A program made the position numbers and the translations under genes. Shown here in pieces: positions 1 to 14,076 of a DNA stretch of 64,000 nucleotides. A model generated the notes under the pieces. That model ran no database searches, was not told the origin of the DNA, and saw only the letters and a list, made by a program, of their open reading frames with translations. Numbering within the stretch: position 1 is the stretch's first letter; each line of letters begins with the position of its first letter. The stretch comes from Vicugna vicugna (taxonomy: Eukaryota). Location of the stretch: NCBI GenBank assembly GCA_013265495.1, contig MU058456.1:1-64000 (forward strand), in the 5' to 3' direction.

Positions 1-900
1 CCCCTGCCGCGGCCCCGCGAGCTCGTGAGGGGACCCCGCCGCCGCCTCCCCCCACCCTCTGCGCTTCCCGGGGGAGCCACTGCCGCCGGGAAAGAAGAAC
101 GAGGAGGGGAGCGAGGGGACGGCGGCGGGAAAACGGGAGAGGGGGGAGAAGAGGGTTCGAGGGCCAAGAGGGAAGGCGGACAGGGACGGACGGACGGAAG
201 GACGGACGGCCCGACGGACGGCCCGGGGAGCGGGCCGCCATCCAGCCTGCCCGGCCCCTCGGCTCCGGCTCCGGGCGGCCGCGGCGGCGGCGCGAGCGAA
301 GGGCGCGGCAGGCGCTATCGAGACAATAACCCCGCTGCCCGGCTCCGGGGGCGGCGGCAAGGAGGAGGTGGCGGCCTAGCGCGGCCGAGGCTCGCCCAGC
401 GCCGCGGCGGCGTCTTTGCCTCGGCCGGCCGGGTTCCGCCGCCGTCGGGTGTCGGGACGCGCGGGTCGCCCGGAGTCCCGGGCTCGCGGCTGACGCCCCC
501 TCCCCTCCCCCTCCCCCTCCCGGGCGCGCGTGGAGTTTGGTTTCCGGGTTCCCCTGGACCGAGCTGAATCCTGCTGCTCTCCCAGGCAGGAAGTGAGTTT
601 CGCACTGTAATTCCGGGCGGTGTCACGAGTGAAAAGTTTTTTTTTTCGGCGGAGATCCTAGTTGGGGCTGGGAAACTCCTGCAAAACTCAAGACCAGGAA
701 ATCAGCCCGCTTCCCAACCCCCACCAAAGCCACCTACTCTTCCTACTGCGGGAGGCCACTCCACATCCGCTCTCACCGGAGAGAGAAATTCGGCTGGATC
801 CGAAGTGACTGATGAAGGGAAGGAAATCATGTCAGGCGAAGCCTTGAAAAAGCTGCCCTGAGACACTGCCCGACCGAAAGGTAATTTTCAAGAAATGTGT
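1..900 (+). promoter_or_regulatory. ERBIN: CpG-island promoter of ERBIN
   Basis: Very GC- and CpG-rich sequence that drops to AT-rich after ~900. Contains GC boxes, a C-tract at 496-521 and an ETS motif CAGGAAGTG at 587-595, and overlaps exon 1. Confidence 0.9.
635..880 (+). other. ERBIN: ERBIN exon 1 (non-coding 5' UTR); 5' boundary approximate
   Basis: Ends at donor AAAG|GTAATT (880/881) at the edge of the CpG island. The sequence resembles the human ERBIN 5' UTR as I recall it. The TSS cannot be fixed from sequence alone. Confidence 0.8.
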
Positions 901-3900
901 CCACAGGTCACAAAGCTCCTGGGCCGGGAAAGAGAGGAAACTTTAGTGTTTTTCACTTTTTCGCAAGTTGCCTTAAATTCGCCTTTTCTTATATTCAGGT
1001 GTTTTAAGCGCTAAGTAGAACTGATTTAGAACTGATTTTATTACCCCTTCTACCATCTGGACTCTGGTTATTCTAGAAGAGGTTGTAAGAGTGCGGTGGG
1101 ACGAAAAGTTTTAAGCAATGGGAAGAAAGAGTGCCTTTGTTCAGCACAAGGTCCAGAAGTGTTAGTTTCCCGGGACATATACAATGTATATTTTTTATGT
1201 ATTAAGTTGCTGAACCGGGCAACTTTTGTTTGTGAAGAAAGTTAGGTCGCTGCGGAGAGCGATTTGCTGCTGTTGAGATGGCTGCCACATTTGTTTATAC
1301 TCTCACCGATTATTGGGGTTTCGCGTTTAATCGTATATAGAGATTTTTTAGTTCCAGCCCTTGTGAATCTATTTCACTGGGTTGTATAAACAAAAAACCT
1401 TTGCCGTTTTTCTAAGTGGGTAGTACATTTTTTCAATAACGTGTTCCTTTTAGACATTCAGAACTCTATAATATTTGTTTGGTTAATTAATTGAAAGCAA
1501 GTGTTGGCTCGATTTTCCTTGTAACTGACCCAGTAGGAAGAAAAAGAAAGGAGTGTGTGGATAAAGATAGTTATAATTAAAAAACAAACAATAACACCTG
1601 TAAGTAGTTTGGTTCATTGGGAGTTCTGTGCAATTCAGAACAGAATATAAGAGAAGGGAAGTAAAACGCTTAAAACGATTTTCATGGGAATCACATTGAT
1701 TGTGATAAACAGCTGTACTTTGGAATAGTACAGTATTTACATTTTTCTGTTGGCCCAAATGTTTTGGCCGGTGCTGCCTAATAAGTAATGAGTGTCTACC
1801 GTGGGGGTAGGGATTAGTGAAGCATGAGAGACATTCCACCAGTCAGAGTTATAAATATAAACACTTCTGAACCAATCCGTGGTCTTTACGGCTCAAACTA
1901 GTTTTGGTCGCAGCAAACACAAGCGGTTTCTTCAGTGGTGTTTTAGTTTGTGCCTTTTTAAGTTTGGTTTTTTCCCCAGTACTTTTGTGGTAAAGGGAGG
2001 TTAAAGATAATGCTGTGCTTCTGAATAAATATTAAGTAAATATGATATTCTCTTGGTAGGTGTATCTTAAATATAAATTGACATTTATTTTATTTGCCCA
2101 TGCTACCCCAAGAAAAATATAATTGGCTTTCTTTAGTACAAAGAAAAGGTAGATTTTAAAGGACAGGATCAAATTATGCCACAACTTCTTTGTTACTTTA
2201 AGTATATTTCAAAATAGGAATCTTAAATTAACTATTTATTACTGTTTACTGATTTGGTATGTTTTCCCAGAACTTAGTCTTTGGAGCTCCTTTTGGAAAA
2301 ATTTTTAAATTTTTTAAAATCTTGGTAAGATTTGTGAACTATCAAGTAATTCCTGTTAAAGCACCTTTACCAAGGAATTTAAAGTACATAATTGATCTAC
2401 TTTATGATTTTGGAGCATATCATTGGGCAACGAAAGAGGTTATTCTTGGGCATCTGAAAGAGGGGAACAAAATAAATGGCATTGAACTTCAGTTTCCTTA
2501 TATGGTTTATACTTGGCTTCAGAGCAGCAAAGCCTTAATAGAGCAAGTCTTTTATAGAGAATTACCACTTTGCGAAAAGGTTTCTCTGCATTAGTAAATT
2601 TGACTTATAAAAATTATAGTTAACCTCAGTCGTTAACAGAGATGCCTACAAAATACCTGTTTAGATCCCTGTTTTTAGATACAGTTTTTGATTTTTTTCT
2701 TGTGGGAGCCGTAGAAGCAAACTGCACATTTTTAAAAGTGGAATGTTCAGCTTTGTAGGTGCCTTTCATTCCTTTTTTCCCTCTCAAAGAGGCAAAATTT
2801 GCTCTATGGTTTACTTAGACTTTTATTAGTTTAGCACTGAGCTTACTTAAGGAATTTTAGGTTTTGTACTATTATCAAACTATAAATATTTGCAAAGTTT
2901 TGTTTAAAATGTGACAGTGGCTTGAAATGAGGCTTTAAAAAGATGATACTTAAAATATTTTTAAAAGACATCAAATTTTACATACTCGTAATATTGTGTG
3001 GGCTTTCTCAGACTAAATTGACAGATCTAGAGTACTTACAAGGTGTACAAAATGCAGTTAATGGCACTGTTTATTGGAGTTTTCAATAGTGTTAAACTTA
3101 ATCTCTCAACTAATTAATTCAGATGTGATGTTATGAAGTTGGCCTGCTGTTAGAGAACAAACTGTTACAAACTTTTCATGTATAAAAAGCTTAGAGAGGT
3201 TCAAATATGGAAAATAAATTTTTATTGCACCTATTTTCCTGATGAAGTTATAACGAGACATTTTGGATGTATCATTGGTAAATCTCTAAAATTCAGTTAT
3301 TTTAGGGATACTGGTGTTGAGCTCTTGGTAGTAAACAATATTTCACTTTAAGAAACACATGAATATTTCAGAAAATTAGGTGCATATTTAGGAATTTATT
3401 TTAAATAACATGATACAGAGTTTAAGCTATTTGGTTTAGAAATGGATCATGGCAGTGTTTACCAAGTATTTGGGATTACGCAGATTGTAGTGATGTTGGA
3501 TAGGAAAGTAATTTTTTTTCTTTTTTTTTTGGTAATTGCTGCTTGCTTAGATTCTCTTAAAGACTTTGTTGCTTGCATTTTTATTTTGTCTCTTTTCCTT
3601 GCCCATTCATTTTTCTGTCACATGCCTTGTTTTTTTCTGGGAACACCTGTTATAAAGTCCTAAAGATTCCTTTCTCTTTTCCTTTCCTGACAACATATTT
3701 TACCTCTGTTTAGCTGTTCATAATAGATTATTCAGTGTTTGAATTCACACTATTTACCATAGAAGATGTGCACATAAATTATGCTCTATAATATCTACTT
3801 TTGAATTGTCTAAAGAAATAAGCTCAGCACTTCTGTCTTCCATTTTTCTATGATTTACTCCTCATTATTTTTTGTTTCTTTCTTGGTGCCTGTCACTAAC

Positions 3901-5085
3901 TCTTAAGTCATTCTCTGTCCATTTTTCAGATATACTTCTAACTTTTTCTGTCTTGTTTCCTAATTGTAAAAAAGAAATCTCACTGTTACTCACGTTTTTC
4001 TTCTGATTCCTTTAGCTTCCTATTTTTAGAGTTAGCTTCATTTACTTCCCCTATTTTCTCCATGTTCAGCTCTTATTTTTTAATTATATTTTGCCCTTCT
4101 CTTTCTAAACTTACTAGACCATGCTTATTACTTCAAAACTGTTAAAAACATGAGTAGAAAAATTTATTTGGTCGTCATCTTTGAATTCTGAATATCCCTT
4201 TTCATTCCAGTGCAGTTTACATGCCAGTCAGTATTTAACCTAGTACTCATGAATGTATTTTGTTTCTATTTATATTGTTTTCTCAATTCTTTTTTTCCCT
4301 TTAATATCTCCACAATTACCTTTGTGAAGATAATATCAGGTTGTTAACTATTCTTACATTAATTAACCCCCATGCCTTCTTGTTAATTGTTATGCTTTTG
4401 GCCTCTTAAGACACACAAGCTTATATCTCTATACCTCCCCTCTCCATTTTGGTCCTTTCCTTCCTGTCCTATCTCTCAAATTAAATGTCTTCTCTGTCAG
4501 TGTCCCTAACATTGTGTCATTGTCTTCCTTTGTCTGTTTTTATGAAATAAGCAGAGTTGAATTTTATCACTCATTTTATTCTTCTCACTTGAAATTTGGT
4601 TCCAGGTACCATTGGATGAAGGCATGCCAGCCTTTGTAATTGATAGTATGTAAGACAATAGAAAAGAGTACCTAAACATTAAGTAATAAAAGAAGGTTCT
4701 CCTTATCTGGAAGTTATCTATGACTTTCAGTATATAGAATGTAGTAGAAAAACTAGAACATAATCAGAAAGACATCTAAGTAATCAAAATGGATATAGTA
4801 AAATCTAGGGGCTTCATTCATAGGGACATCCTTATTCAGAGCCCATTTATTTTTTATCACATTGAGCTGTTTCCTGCCTTTTTGATGTACTGGAAGTGGT
4901 GAGAAAGCACACTGACAGCATCATGAAGTGATGGCCTCTGACGTTACAGAATGGAAAGAAGACTGGCCAACTTAGAAAATAGGGTGGTCTCACACAGCTT
5001 GCTTTGGGCGTTCTACATTTCATTTGTCCTTGGGACGATTCACTCTATTATAGCATAATTACAAGTAATAGTAATAGCCCTAAGG

Positions 5086-6393
5086 CAGCTGTTCTCAAAC
5101 TTTTTGGTCTTATTAGGATCTCTTTATACTCTTACAATTTACTGAGAACCCCATAGGGCTTTGGTTTGTGTGGGTTATATTTATTGTATTTCCTGTAATA
5201 CACATTTAAAAAATAACTAATAAGTGATTTCATGTTAATGTAACACTGTGATAATAAAGAATATTTTTTAATAAATAACTTTTTTCCAAGACCAATCTTT
5301 AGCAAAAAGTGGCATTGTTACATATATTTGCAGGTCTTACTTCTGGCTGAATAGAAGACAGCTTGATTCTCATCTGCTTCTACATTCAATCTTGCAATAT
5401 ATTGTTTTGGTTGAAGTATATGAAGAAAATCCAGTCTCATACAGATAGGTGGTTGGAAAAGGGAGGAATATTTAAGCCCTTTTAGATGATTGTGGGTGTT
5501 ATTTGATACCACACCAAAATTTAACAAATGGTAGTTTTTTAAGGAGAGCTGCAGTGTTGAATCTAAAACCCTATCAATGAGTTTTTCATTTCTTGTTACC
5601 TGAAAATCCATGGTATATCTTGCACTTTGAATGAATTTTTTTTACCTGTTTTATGATTTTGTAACATCATTTATTGGTTGTTTGGGAAATACTGGCCCAT
5701 TGAATTACACTTTTTTTACCAAATGTTGACACATTTCTTTATGCAGAAACAAAAAAAAATTGTTAACATCACCAGTAATCTCATCAGAAGTCTTTAATGT
5801 TATGAAGGTGTCAAGCTCAGGGTGGCAGATACAAATTTTCTGCAGTTCTGAATTTTCACTTGGAAGCTCAAATATTAATCATTGGTAACAAATACTGATC
5901 ATGTTTTCCCCTTGAAATTGCAGGCTTACTTGGTTTATTTTTGAGAAAATGTCTGCCACATTCCTAAGTCTATATAACCATAGTTTGCCATTCTCTCTTT
6001 ATGGTCGAAATAGTGTTCCATAACTCAAAGTAATTTACCCAACTGCTTTTCCTGAAGATTGCCGTTTTCTACATAGAATATGAAAAAGACATGTATTGAA
6101 GAGTTGAGATGTAATAAAATTACTTTTTACTGCTTCATTAAAGATATTTTTATTTGAAGGTGGTGTTTAAAAAGAAATCTGGGAATATGTAGTGGTGCCA
6201 GTCTAGCTTGATGTTACTGCCTTTGCGCTAAGGTGCTAGCACTTTTACCCAGCATTGCTTTTGCACCATCACTGTCGATATAGTAGGAAAGAGCAAATGG
6301 TGTTCAATATTATGCTGAAAATAGTTTTGACCTTTAAGACCCCTTGAAAGTGTCTCAGGCCATCCAGGGCCCATTGACCACACTTTGAGAACT
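5086..6393. mobile_element. hAT-Charlie DNA transposon (Charlie1a-like), near full length
   Basis: Terminal inverted repeats CAGCTGTTCTCAAAC and CACTTTGAGAAC; internal sequence resembles the Charlie1 consensus. Confidence 0.8.
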
Positions 6394-7319
6394 TAGGTGG
6401 ATGTTGGGATTTGTGAAGGTTTTGTTCCTTTGATTTTTTTTTTGTCCTGTCTCATTCAGGGAGAATCCTGAGGCTTGATTGTTCAGCTCCTTAATTTGGT
6501 CATCAGTTCTTTTCAATTATTTTATTACTTTTTTGGGGAGAGAAGTAGAGTTCCTAAGAACTTTTCCATAGACATTGATTTTTATTTTTTAGTTGTATTT
6601 TTGGTCTACATGTAAGTTACATCTTGAATCTTTGAGTTGTATGTTGTGTTTACATTGTCTTCTGTTTCCAGATTAACAATATAGGAAGTTTGTTCTTATT
6701 GTGTTTGGTATATCCATCATGCTTTTGGTTTTTCCTCAAATGTTAGATTTTTTCATTGTAGTTGAAGTTTTATATTATGGTCCAGACTATAGTGTATTGG
6801 TCATTTAAGTGTATTTTTCCAGCCCAAGTGAATCCCTGTTCTTATGTCTTTGGTATATTTAGCTAATGGGTTTCTTCTTAGGGTAGCTTGTCCTGTTACA
6901 TGTATTTCCTGTCCCTTGGGAGATAACATTCCGCTGTTTTCAAGGTTATACTGCCCAAGTGTCAGATCTCCCACAGTATAGAGAGCTATGCTAGAGGCCT
7001 TAGCCATGCAGCTGTTCTACTGTGGTTTTATTACCTGGCAGACTGCCTGGGACACACTTTTCCCAATCCTTCTTGCTAAGAAAACTTAGCCTTTTTGGAA
7101 ATCCCACTTTATGCTTGTTTTGTGTATCTGGTTCTTTGGGTATGTTTGTTGTCATTTCTTCCATCCCCAGCCCCCACCATACTCTGTACTGTCAGCAAAT
7201 TCCTTTCTGTTCTGATTTGTAGATATACCCCTCCCAGGTTTTTTAGTACTGCTATAGATTTTTTATAATTTTATTTTTTGTATATTAAAGTTTGTAACAG
7301 TGACTAATACACTGAGGAG

Positions 7320-8450
7320 TTGGAAGCATAGTGCAAAGAATTTTTTTGTTCCTGAACCATTTGATAGTAAGTTGCCTACCTGATGCCTCATAACCCCCAA
7401 TTACTTTAATGTTTATTTCCTACAAACAGGGGCATTCTCCTCTGTAATAACATCATCATTATCAAAATTAGGAAGTTATCAAGAATACATTACTAACAAG
7501 AATACATTACTAACAAGAATACAACCTCACAAACTATCCTAATGCCTTTTAGAGCAAAAGAATCCAGTTTGGAATCATGCCTTACATTTAGCTGTCGTGT
7601 CTCTTTCGTCTCCTTTAATATGAAACGGGTTTTATCTTTACTTTCAGGTGCTTGACACTTTTGAAGATTATAGATCTAGTTATTTTGTAGCATAATCTGT
7701 AATTTGCATTTCTCTGACATTTTGATGATCAGATCTTTGATTAGATTTTCATGATTAGATCTTTGTTAGGTATTCTGAAAATGATCTTGCATGCATCTCA
7801 TTGCGTTTTATCAGGTGTCAGGTAATGTCAGTTGTCCCATTGCTAATAGGAATTGGTTATATGTCAAGGTACTTATTCCTCATTTGTAATTAATAAATAT
7901 TTTGGGGCTAGGTATTGAAAAATGTTAAATGTTTTGTTCCTCATCAGATTTTTTAGTTTATTCATTTATTTACAGCTATTCATGGTTGCCTGTTATATTC
8001 ACTGAGTTATAATCCATTATCATTTATTTTGGTGCTCATATTGTTCTTGATTTGGCTAATGGGAACCCCTTCCAGCTGGTTTATTTTCATTTTGACATAC
8101 ATCTCTGAATACTTTTTTTGTATCTAGCACAATATAATGTTCCATACTTAACCTTCAAACTTGCTCCGATTATTTTTAGTGGAAAATGGTACTTAGAAGC
8201 CAAGATCGGGGCACTTCTTGTGCTTGTTGTTCTTGAAGTATCGCTGCTCCATGCCTCCTTAGTGTACAAATAGGGGATATTTTTATGTGCACATGTACAC
8301 ATTCACATTTACACCTGTATTTCTATAAATATAAAATGGTTTCGCTGATAGGTCCAACTCTAATTCAGTACCACAGGGTTCGTTCTAGTGTTTTCCCGTT
8401 CCATATTTGTAACTTTTCTCTGATAGTGAAAACTAGTTTTGTTTCTGTAC
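7320..8450 (-). mobile_element. Ancient L1 3' UTR (L1MC4/5-like), antisense
   Basis: Motifs such as cctgaaccatttga..gtaagttg and ttcctacaaacagggg(ca)ttctc are typical of old L1MC 3' ends. Confidence 0.6.
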
Positions 8451-11400
8451 TATTTTTTAGTGAGGGAGATGAGGTAAACATTTGTTCAGATAAAGATTTT
8501 CAGCCAGAAGTCTCTATAATCTAATGAATTTCAAAAGTATTTCTAAAGGGATAAAATTAACATGGTAAAATACATTTAGGTGAAATACTTCATTCCTCAG
8601 TAATTCCAGGTTATTATGTGAAAGATGGATGGAATGAATTAATGCTTTTATTGTCTACATTGGATAAGTTCCTCGTAGAGATAATGTTGGGGCTTGATTT
8701 CAGTATGAATGCAGTGATTTTGATGCAATTGAATTTTTCCATATGGAGCCTATGTGAATATGAATTCATATATTCATATTCCATATAAAGATCCCAAAGT
8801 TTGGAGCAAGGTCTATCTTCTTGATAATGGTACCCTTAGAATTTCAAACCTTAGACCAGTTCCAGAATCTTGTGGGGTGAGGTGGGAGAAGGTTTTCATT
8901 TGTATTAGGGCCAGCATAAGAAACTGTAATCTAAAAATGAATCTCCATGTGAAGGCTGTCACCCAGCCTAGAATAAGTTGGTTTGACTTCCCCCATTCCT
9001 GGAGATTTGGGAAGTGATGTAAGAAGCATATTGGGATATCTTTTTGTGACTAGACTAGATTTACTCAGTCTTCTAGGAACAGATGAGGATCCTGGCAGCA
9101 GCAAATAGATTCTTTGGGTGCCTTATTAATCTCTGGGAACTTCAAAAGATTTAGTTAATTGTCCTGGGGCTAACTGGAATATGGGAGGCCATGTATAATA
9201 GATGCAGTTCAATGTATCAGAGATAACTGATACCAGCATAGTCTCCTGTTGGCTTTGTTTTGAAAACTGTTCCCGAGACAGGAACCCTAGGAAGTTTATT
9301 CCTTATCTTTTTGACTTTGGTTATTGAAATCAATACCATTTCTGTCAATTCTGTCTTTTAGGTATCTATAGAATGAGATACATGAGTGTAGGCTTGGAAG
9401 GCTAGAGGTGCAATCAGTGAGAGCTTTTGATAGGCAAAAGGGAAGGGCTAAAACAGTTTTCTTAATTTTTTTTTTTTGGTTATACAAATTCAAATGCAGA
9501 AATTTATAATATAGAAGGTAAAAAGTATCTATAATCCCATCTCCCAGAGATACTCAGTGTGTTGTGTATTCTTCTGAACACTTCTATATATATTCCAACA
9601 TGTAAGTGTGCATGTACGTACATGTATAAGTATCTTCAAATAAAAATAGGAGATACATATATATGATATATAAGGGAATATAATAGGTATGTACATGTGT
9701 TAATTAGCATTAGGATTGTTTCGTTGTTATACAAGACAGTGCTTACAGAACATAGATTTATTCTTGTACTCTTTGCATAACATTTTTACACTGTTAAGAG
9801 TTTTTTTCTGGTGGACAGGTACCCAGAGTACATTAGCTATATGTATAGTTGAAATTGATAGACAGACTCAAAGTCCTTCTGAAGAGTTTGGATCTATTAT
9901 ACTTCTACCAATAGTATGTAAGAGTACCTCTCTGTGAGCATTCTTGAACAGATAGGCTATCAGCTGTCCTAAAGTACTTGTGCAAATCTGAGACAGACGG
10001 TGTAGTTTAGTATCTAATAATATAGGGCTTAGAGTCACATTGCTACTTACTAGTTGTGATGTTGGCAAGTTAAATGTAAAAATTCTTTTAGGAATTATGC
10101 ATATTTGTATGCCTTTTGTGTTCCACATGGATTTATTGATTTGTTGCTTATATGCTTTGGTTACGGTGTTTGCCATACAGAACTTTACATTTTTCAGTCT
10201 TTATGCATTTTTGGCTTTAATGATATTCTTAGAAAGGATTATAAAAGTAATAACCTAAATTTTCTCATGTTGGCTTAAGAAGTGAAATAATCATCTAGAT
10301 TGGTTCTCTCCAAATTTCTAACCAGTTGTTTCATCTTTTTACTTCAAAAATTGTAGCTTTATTGCTAGTAAATTCCCAAATACACTTAATCTATGACAAG
10401 ATATTCTTTTTTATTTATTGTTTTTTTGTTATGAAAATACTGTGCTGTCTTGGTTTTTCTCCTCCTCACAGTATGCATAATATCTGAAAGTGTCAGTTTA
10501 TTACTTTAGTTTTGAAACATTTTTCCGGGTGGACTTGAATCATTAAGTTCTAAAAATAATTCTTGCTGGCTTGTTGATTGAGAGTGCTTGAATTTATAGA
10601 TTAATTTAAGAAGTAATTGATACCTTTACAATAGCATATCTCTTTCTAGGAAAGTAAGTTTTCCATTTACTTAATAGTTTATGCCCTTCAGTGGGTTTTA
10701 TGGTTTTCTTCTTGTCATATCCATGTTTCTTAATAGCATGCGTATTTCTTGTTATTGTTAAGAATTACGTATTTTTTTGTTAAGTTGAGTTCCAAAAATC
10801 TTAATGGAGCAAATGTGAAAGCTACTGCTCTTATGAATGGGGCTGTTTCTTTAATTGTATTGTTACCTGGATATATAAATAGAGGAGATTGATTTTTCTT
10901 GTGTTACCTACTGTATTCTGAAGATTTAAAAAATTGCTAATAGATTTTTAGATGGTATGTTTGGATCTTCTAGGTATATAATTATAGATGCACTCGTAAT
11001 AGCACTTTTTATTTTTTAATTGAATTGTAAATATATTAATTGATTGAATTAAATATATTAATTGTATAGTCTCATGTTTTATAATTTAACATGCATACTA
11101 ACAAGTACTTAATGACCCATCCTTTTAACTATAAAATTCTTCCCTCATTTCTTTCCAGTCTGTGAGATCATCCACCACCATTAGTATTGCAGCCTGATTA
11201 ATCTTCAGTAAGGGGATAGGAGATTTTTATCGTCACCCAGAAGCCTCCATTTAATCATACTGTATTTTCTTTTTCTAGCATTGTCTGGCTGTGGGAATGG
11301 GAAGGAGAACAAGAAAACTTACTAAACTCTGAGTATTTTTTGTTACAGAAGCAAAAGTCCTTGGGCTGATTTAAGTAGAAGGTGGTCCCTTCTGCTACTG

Positions 11401-11859
11401 TTCTGCTCCTTAACTGCCTCTTGAAGGTGTCTTCAGTGCTGTGAGAATGGCTTCGTGAACCTTGATGTTCCTTAGCTGCTTTTTGATTTACTTCTGAGAA
11501 AAATAATACTACTTATGAGCATTTTTCTTGAACTACTTAGTATTTAGTGTGATACACAGTAGTAATTATGTATATATCTTTTAATGACAGTTATTTTGAT
11601 CCTTTATTTGATTATAATAGTAAACTCTCCAGTTATGTAAATGTTTCCGAAGAGATCTTTGCCTCTACTCACTCCCTCCCCGGGTTTACTCTAGTCAATT
11701 TACATATTTCACTGACCTTGATCTTATCCTTCCTTGTAATATATTTAATAGGTAATTTGGTGTAAGTGAAAGGTGTTCCTCCAGATGCTGATACTTCCCT
11801 CAGATTCAGTGGATTTTATGACTAACTTAGAAATAGTCTAATCAAGGTAACCAGCTTTT

Positions 11860-12000
11860 TCTTTTTCATTAACATACGAGGAAACTATTGGCCTAGAGAG
11901 GGAAGTGAAATCCTGGAGGTCATTTAGTTTGTTAGTGATGAAAGTTAGATTCAAAAAATAAATTCAGGTTTCCTGACTCTGTTACTTTTCCCTTATACCA
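11860..12000 (-). mobile_element. MIR SINE fragment
   Basis: gaggaaact..ggcctagagagggaagtga..ggtca..agttt gttagt..gattcaaa..tcctgactc resembles the MIR core. Confidence 0.55.
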
Positions 12001-12135
12001 GAATTTTCTTAGATATGTTGTGGAGTATACGGTCTCTTTAGAATAGCACTATTTTTTTTTTTTAATATGCCAAAGGTTTATTTTATTTTGTGCCTCCTTT
12101 CAATTCTCGTTTTCCCTGCCCCCTCCCTCTTCCAC

Positions 12136-12370
12136 CTTTATTGAGATATAATTGATGTGTAACATTGTGTAAGTTGAAGATGTACAGTGAGTTGATTTGA
12201 TACAAATATATTGCAATATGATTACCACCTTGAGTTAGCTAGCACCTCCATCACTTCACATCCTTTTTGTGGTAAGAACATTTAAGATCTACTCTTAGCA
12301 ACTTTCAAGTATATAATATTTATTAACTGTAATCAGTCACAGTGCTGTGCATCAGATCCCCAAAACTGAA
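12136..12370 (-). mobile_element. L1MA-type 3' end, antisense
   Basis: tttattgagatataattga...gtggtaagaacatttaagatctactcttagcaactttcaagtat. Confidence 0.7.
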
Positions 12371-12809
12371 TCCTTCCTTCCTTTGTGTTTCACTCCACCC
12401 CAGAACTATATTTCTATCTGGAAGCTAGAACAGCACTGTTTTCCAGATATTTTTAGCAGATATTATAGAAAAAAAGTTCTGAGTTCACATAGATGAGAAC
12501 GCCTTGGGTTAATACACATCCCCTCATCCCCAGTACATGGCAGTTCGTCATGGATGATTGTTTTTAATTTTAGAAATAACTAAAATACAGCTCAGTTTAC
12601 AAAGAATGTTAGCATCAATATTTGAGCCAAGAAGTTTCATGGAAAGATTAATCCTAAAGCAGTATGTAATTTGTAATTTCAGAATTTAAAAAGAATATTT
12701 TTTTGGCCTCTTTCTACTCACCCATCCAGCCCAGTTCAAGTACTATTGTTTCTGCTGAAACTTCCCCAAATGTTTGAGAAATCCATTCTTTGGATTTCTA
12801 ACTTACATT

Positions 12810-13900
12810 TTTTTTTAGATTGTGATAAAATGCACATAATATGAAATTTACTGTCTTAACCATTTTTAAGTGTACATTTCAGTGGTATTAAGTACATATT
12901 GTTATGTATTGGTCACCACCACCCATCTCCAAAACTCTTTTCATGTTGCAAAATTGCAGCTCTATGTATTAAAGAATAACTCCCTGCTCCATTCCTCTTC
13001 CTCCCAACTCCTGGCAGCCACCATGTAAATGGAATCGTAGAATATTTGTCCTTTTGTGTCTGGCTTATTTCACTTAACATAATGTCATCAATGTTCATTC
13101 GTATTGTAGCATATGACAGAATTTCCTTTTTAAGGCTGACTGTTCCATTGTATATACCGTTTTGCTTAACTGTTCATCTGTCATGGACACTTGGGTTCCT
13201 TCCACGTTTTAGCTGTTGTGAATAATGCTGCCATAAAAATGGGTGTACAAATACTCTTTGAGACCCTGCTTTCGATTCTTTTTGGTATATACCCAGAAAT
13301 GGAATTGCTGAATCATATGATAATTTCATTTTTTAATTTTTTAATGAACTGCCATATTATTTCCCACAGTTGGCTATACTATTTTACATTTCCACTAACA
13401 GTACATAAGAGGTCTAACAAGAAGTCTAATTTCAACACATCCTTGCCAGTCTTTATTTTCTGTTTTTCTTTGTTTTTTGGATAGTTATCCTAATGGGTGT
13501 GAAGGTGATCTCTCATTATAGTTTTGATTTGCATTTCCCTAATGATGAGTGATATTGAACATCTTTTCATGTGCTTATTTTTGTGTTTTCTTTGGAGAAG
13601 TGTCTTTGCCCATTTTTTGAATCAGGTTGTTTTGCTGTTGAGCTTTTGGAGTTTATATTCTGGATATTAATCCCTTTTCCAGGTACATGATTTGGAGATA
13701 TTTTCTCGCATTTTGTGGGTTGCCTTTTTACTTTGTTGATAGTGGCTTGATGTACTTTTTAAAAAAAATTTTCGTGAAATCTACTTGTCTAATTTTGCTT
13801 TTGTTGACTCTGTATTTGATGTCATAGCCAGGAACTCATTGCCAAATCCAATGTCATGAAGTTTTTGCCCTGTTTTCTTCTAAGAGTTTAGTTTGGATTT
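12810..13900 (-). mobile_element. L1MB-type 3' region, antisense
   Basis: Typical L1 3' UTR/ORF2-end antisense text. The ORF at 12913-13098(-) reads ...IMLSEISQTQKDKY, an L1 ORF2 C-terminal remnant. Confidence 0.8.
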
Positions 13901-13949
13901 ATGACTTTTTAAAAGTGCTTAGCTATTTAACTTAAAACTTAAATATATA

Positions 13950-14076
13950 GAGGGAGGGTATAGCTCAAGTGGTAGAGTGCATGCTTAGCATGCACAAGGC
14001 CCTGGGTTCAATCCCCAGTATCTCCTCTAAAAGATAAAATAAGTAAACCTAATTACCTTCCCCCTTAAACAAAAAA
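13950..14076 (+). mobile_element. tRNA-derived SINE (camelid Vic-1-like)
   Basis: A box TAGCTCAAGTGG, B box GGTTCAATCC, A-rich tail; TSD aaaacttaaatata at 13934-13947 and 14073-14086. Confidence 0.9.

Noticed and set aside
25..626. 180-aa (+) and 103-aa (-) ORFs in the first 630 nt
   Set aside because: Low-complexity G/P/R-rich translations with non-ATG starts, typical of stop-poor CpG islands; no recognisable domain.
13952..14025. tRNA-like sequences here and at 22988, 33730, 35245, 36322, 49865 and 52498
   Set aside because: They have A/B boxes but also A-rich tails, TSDs and dispersed diverged copies, so they are SINEs rather than tRNA genes.
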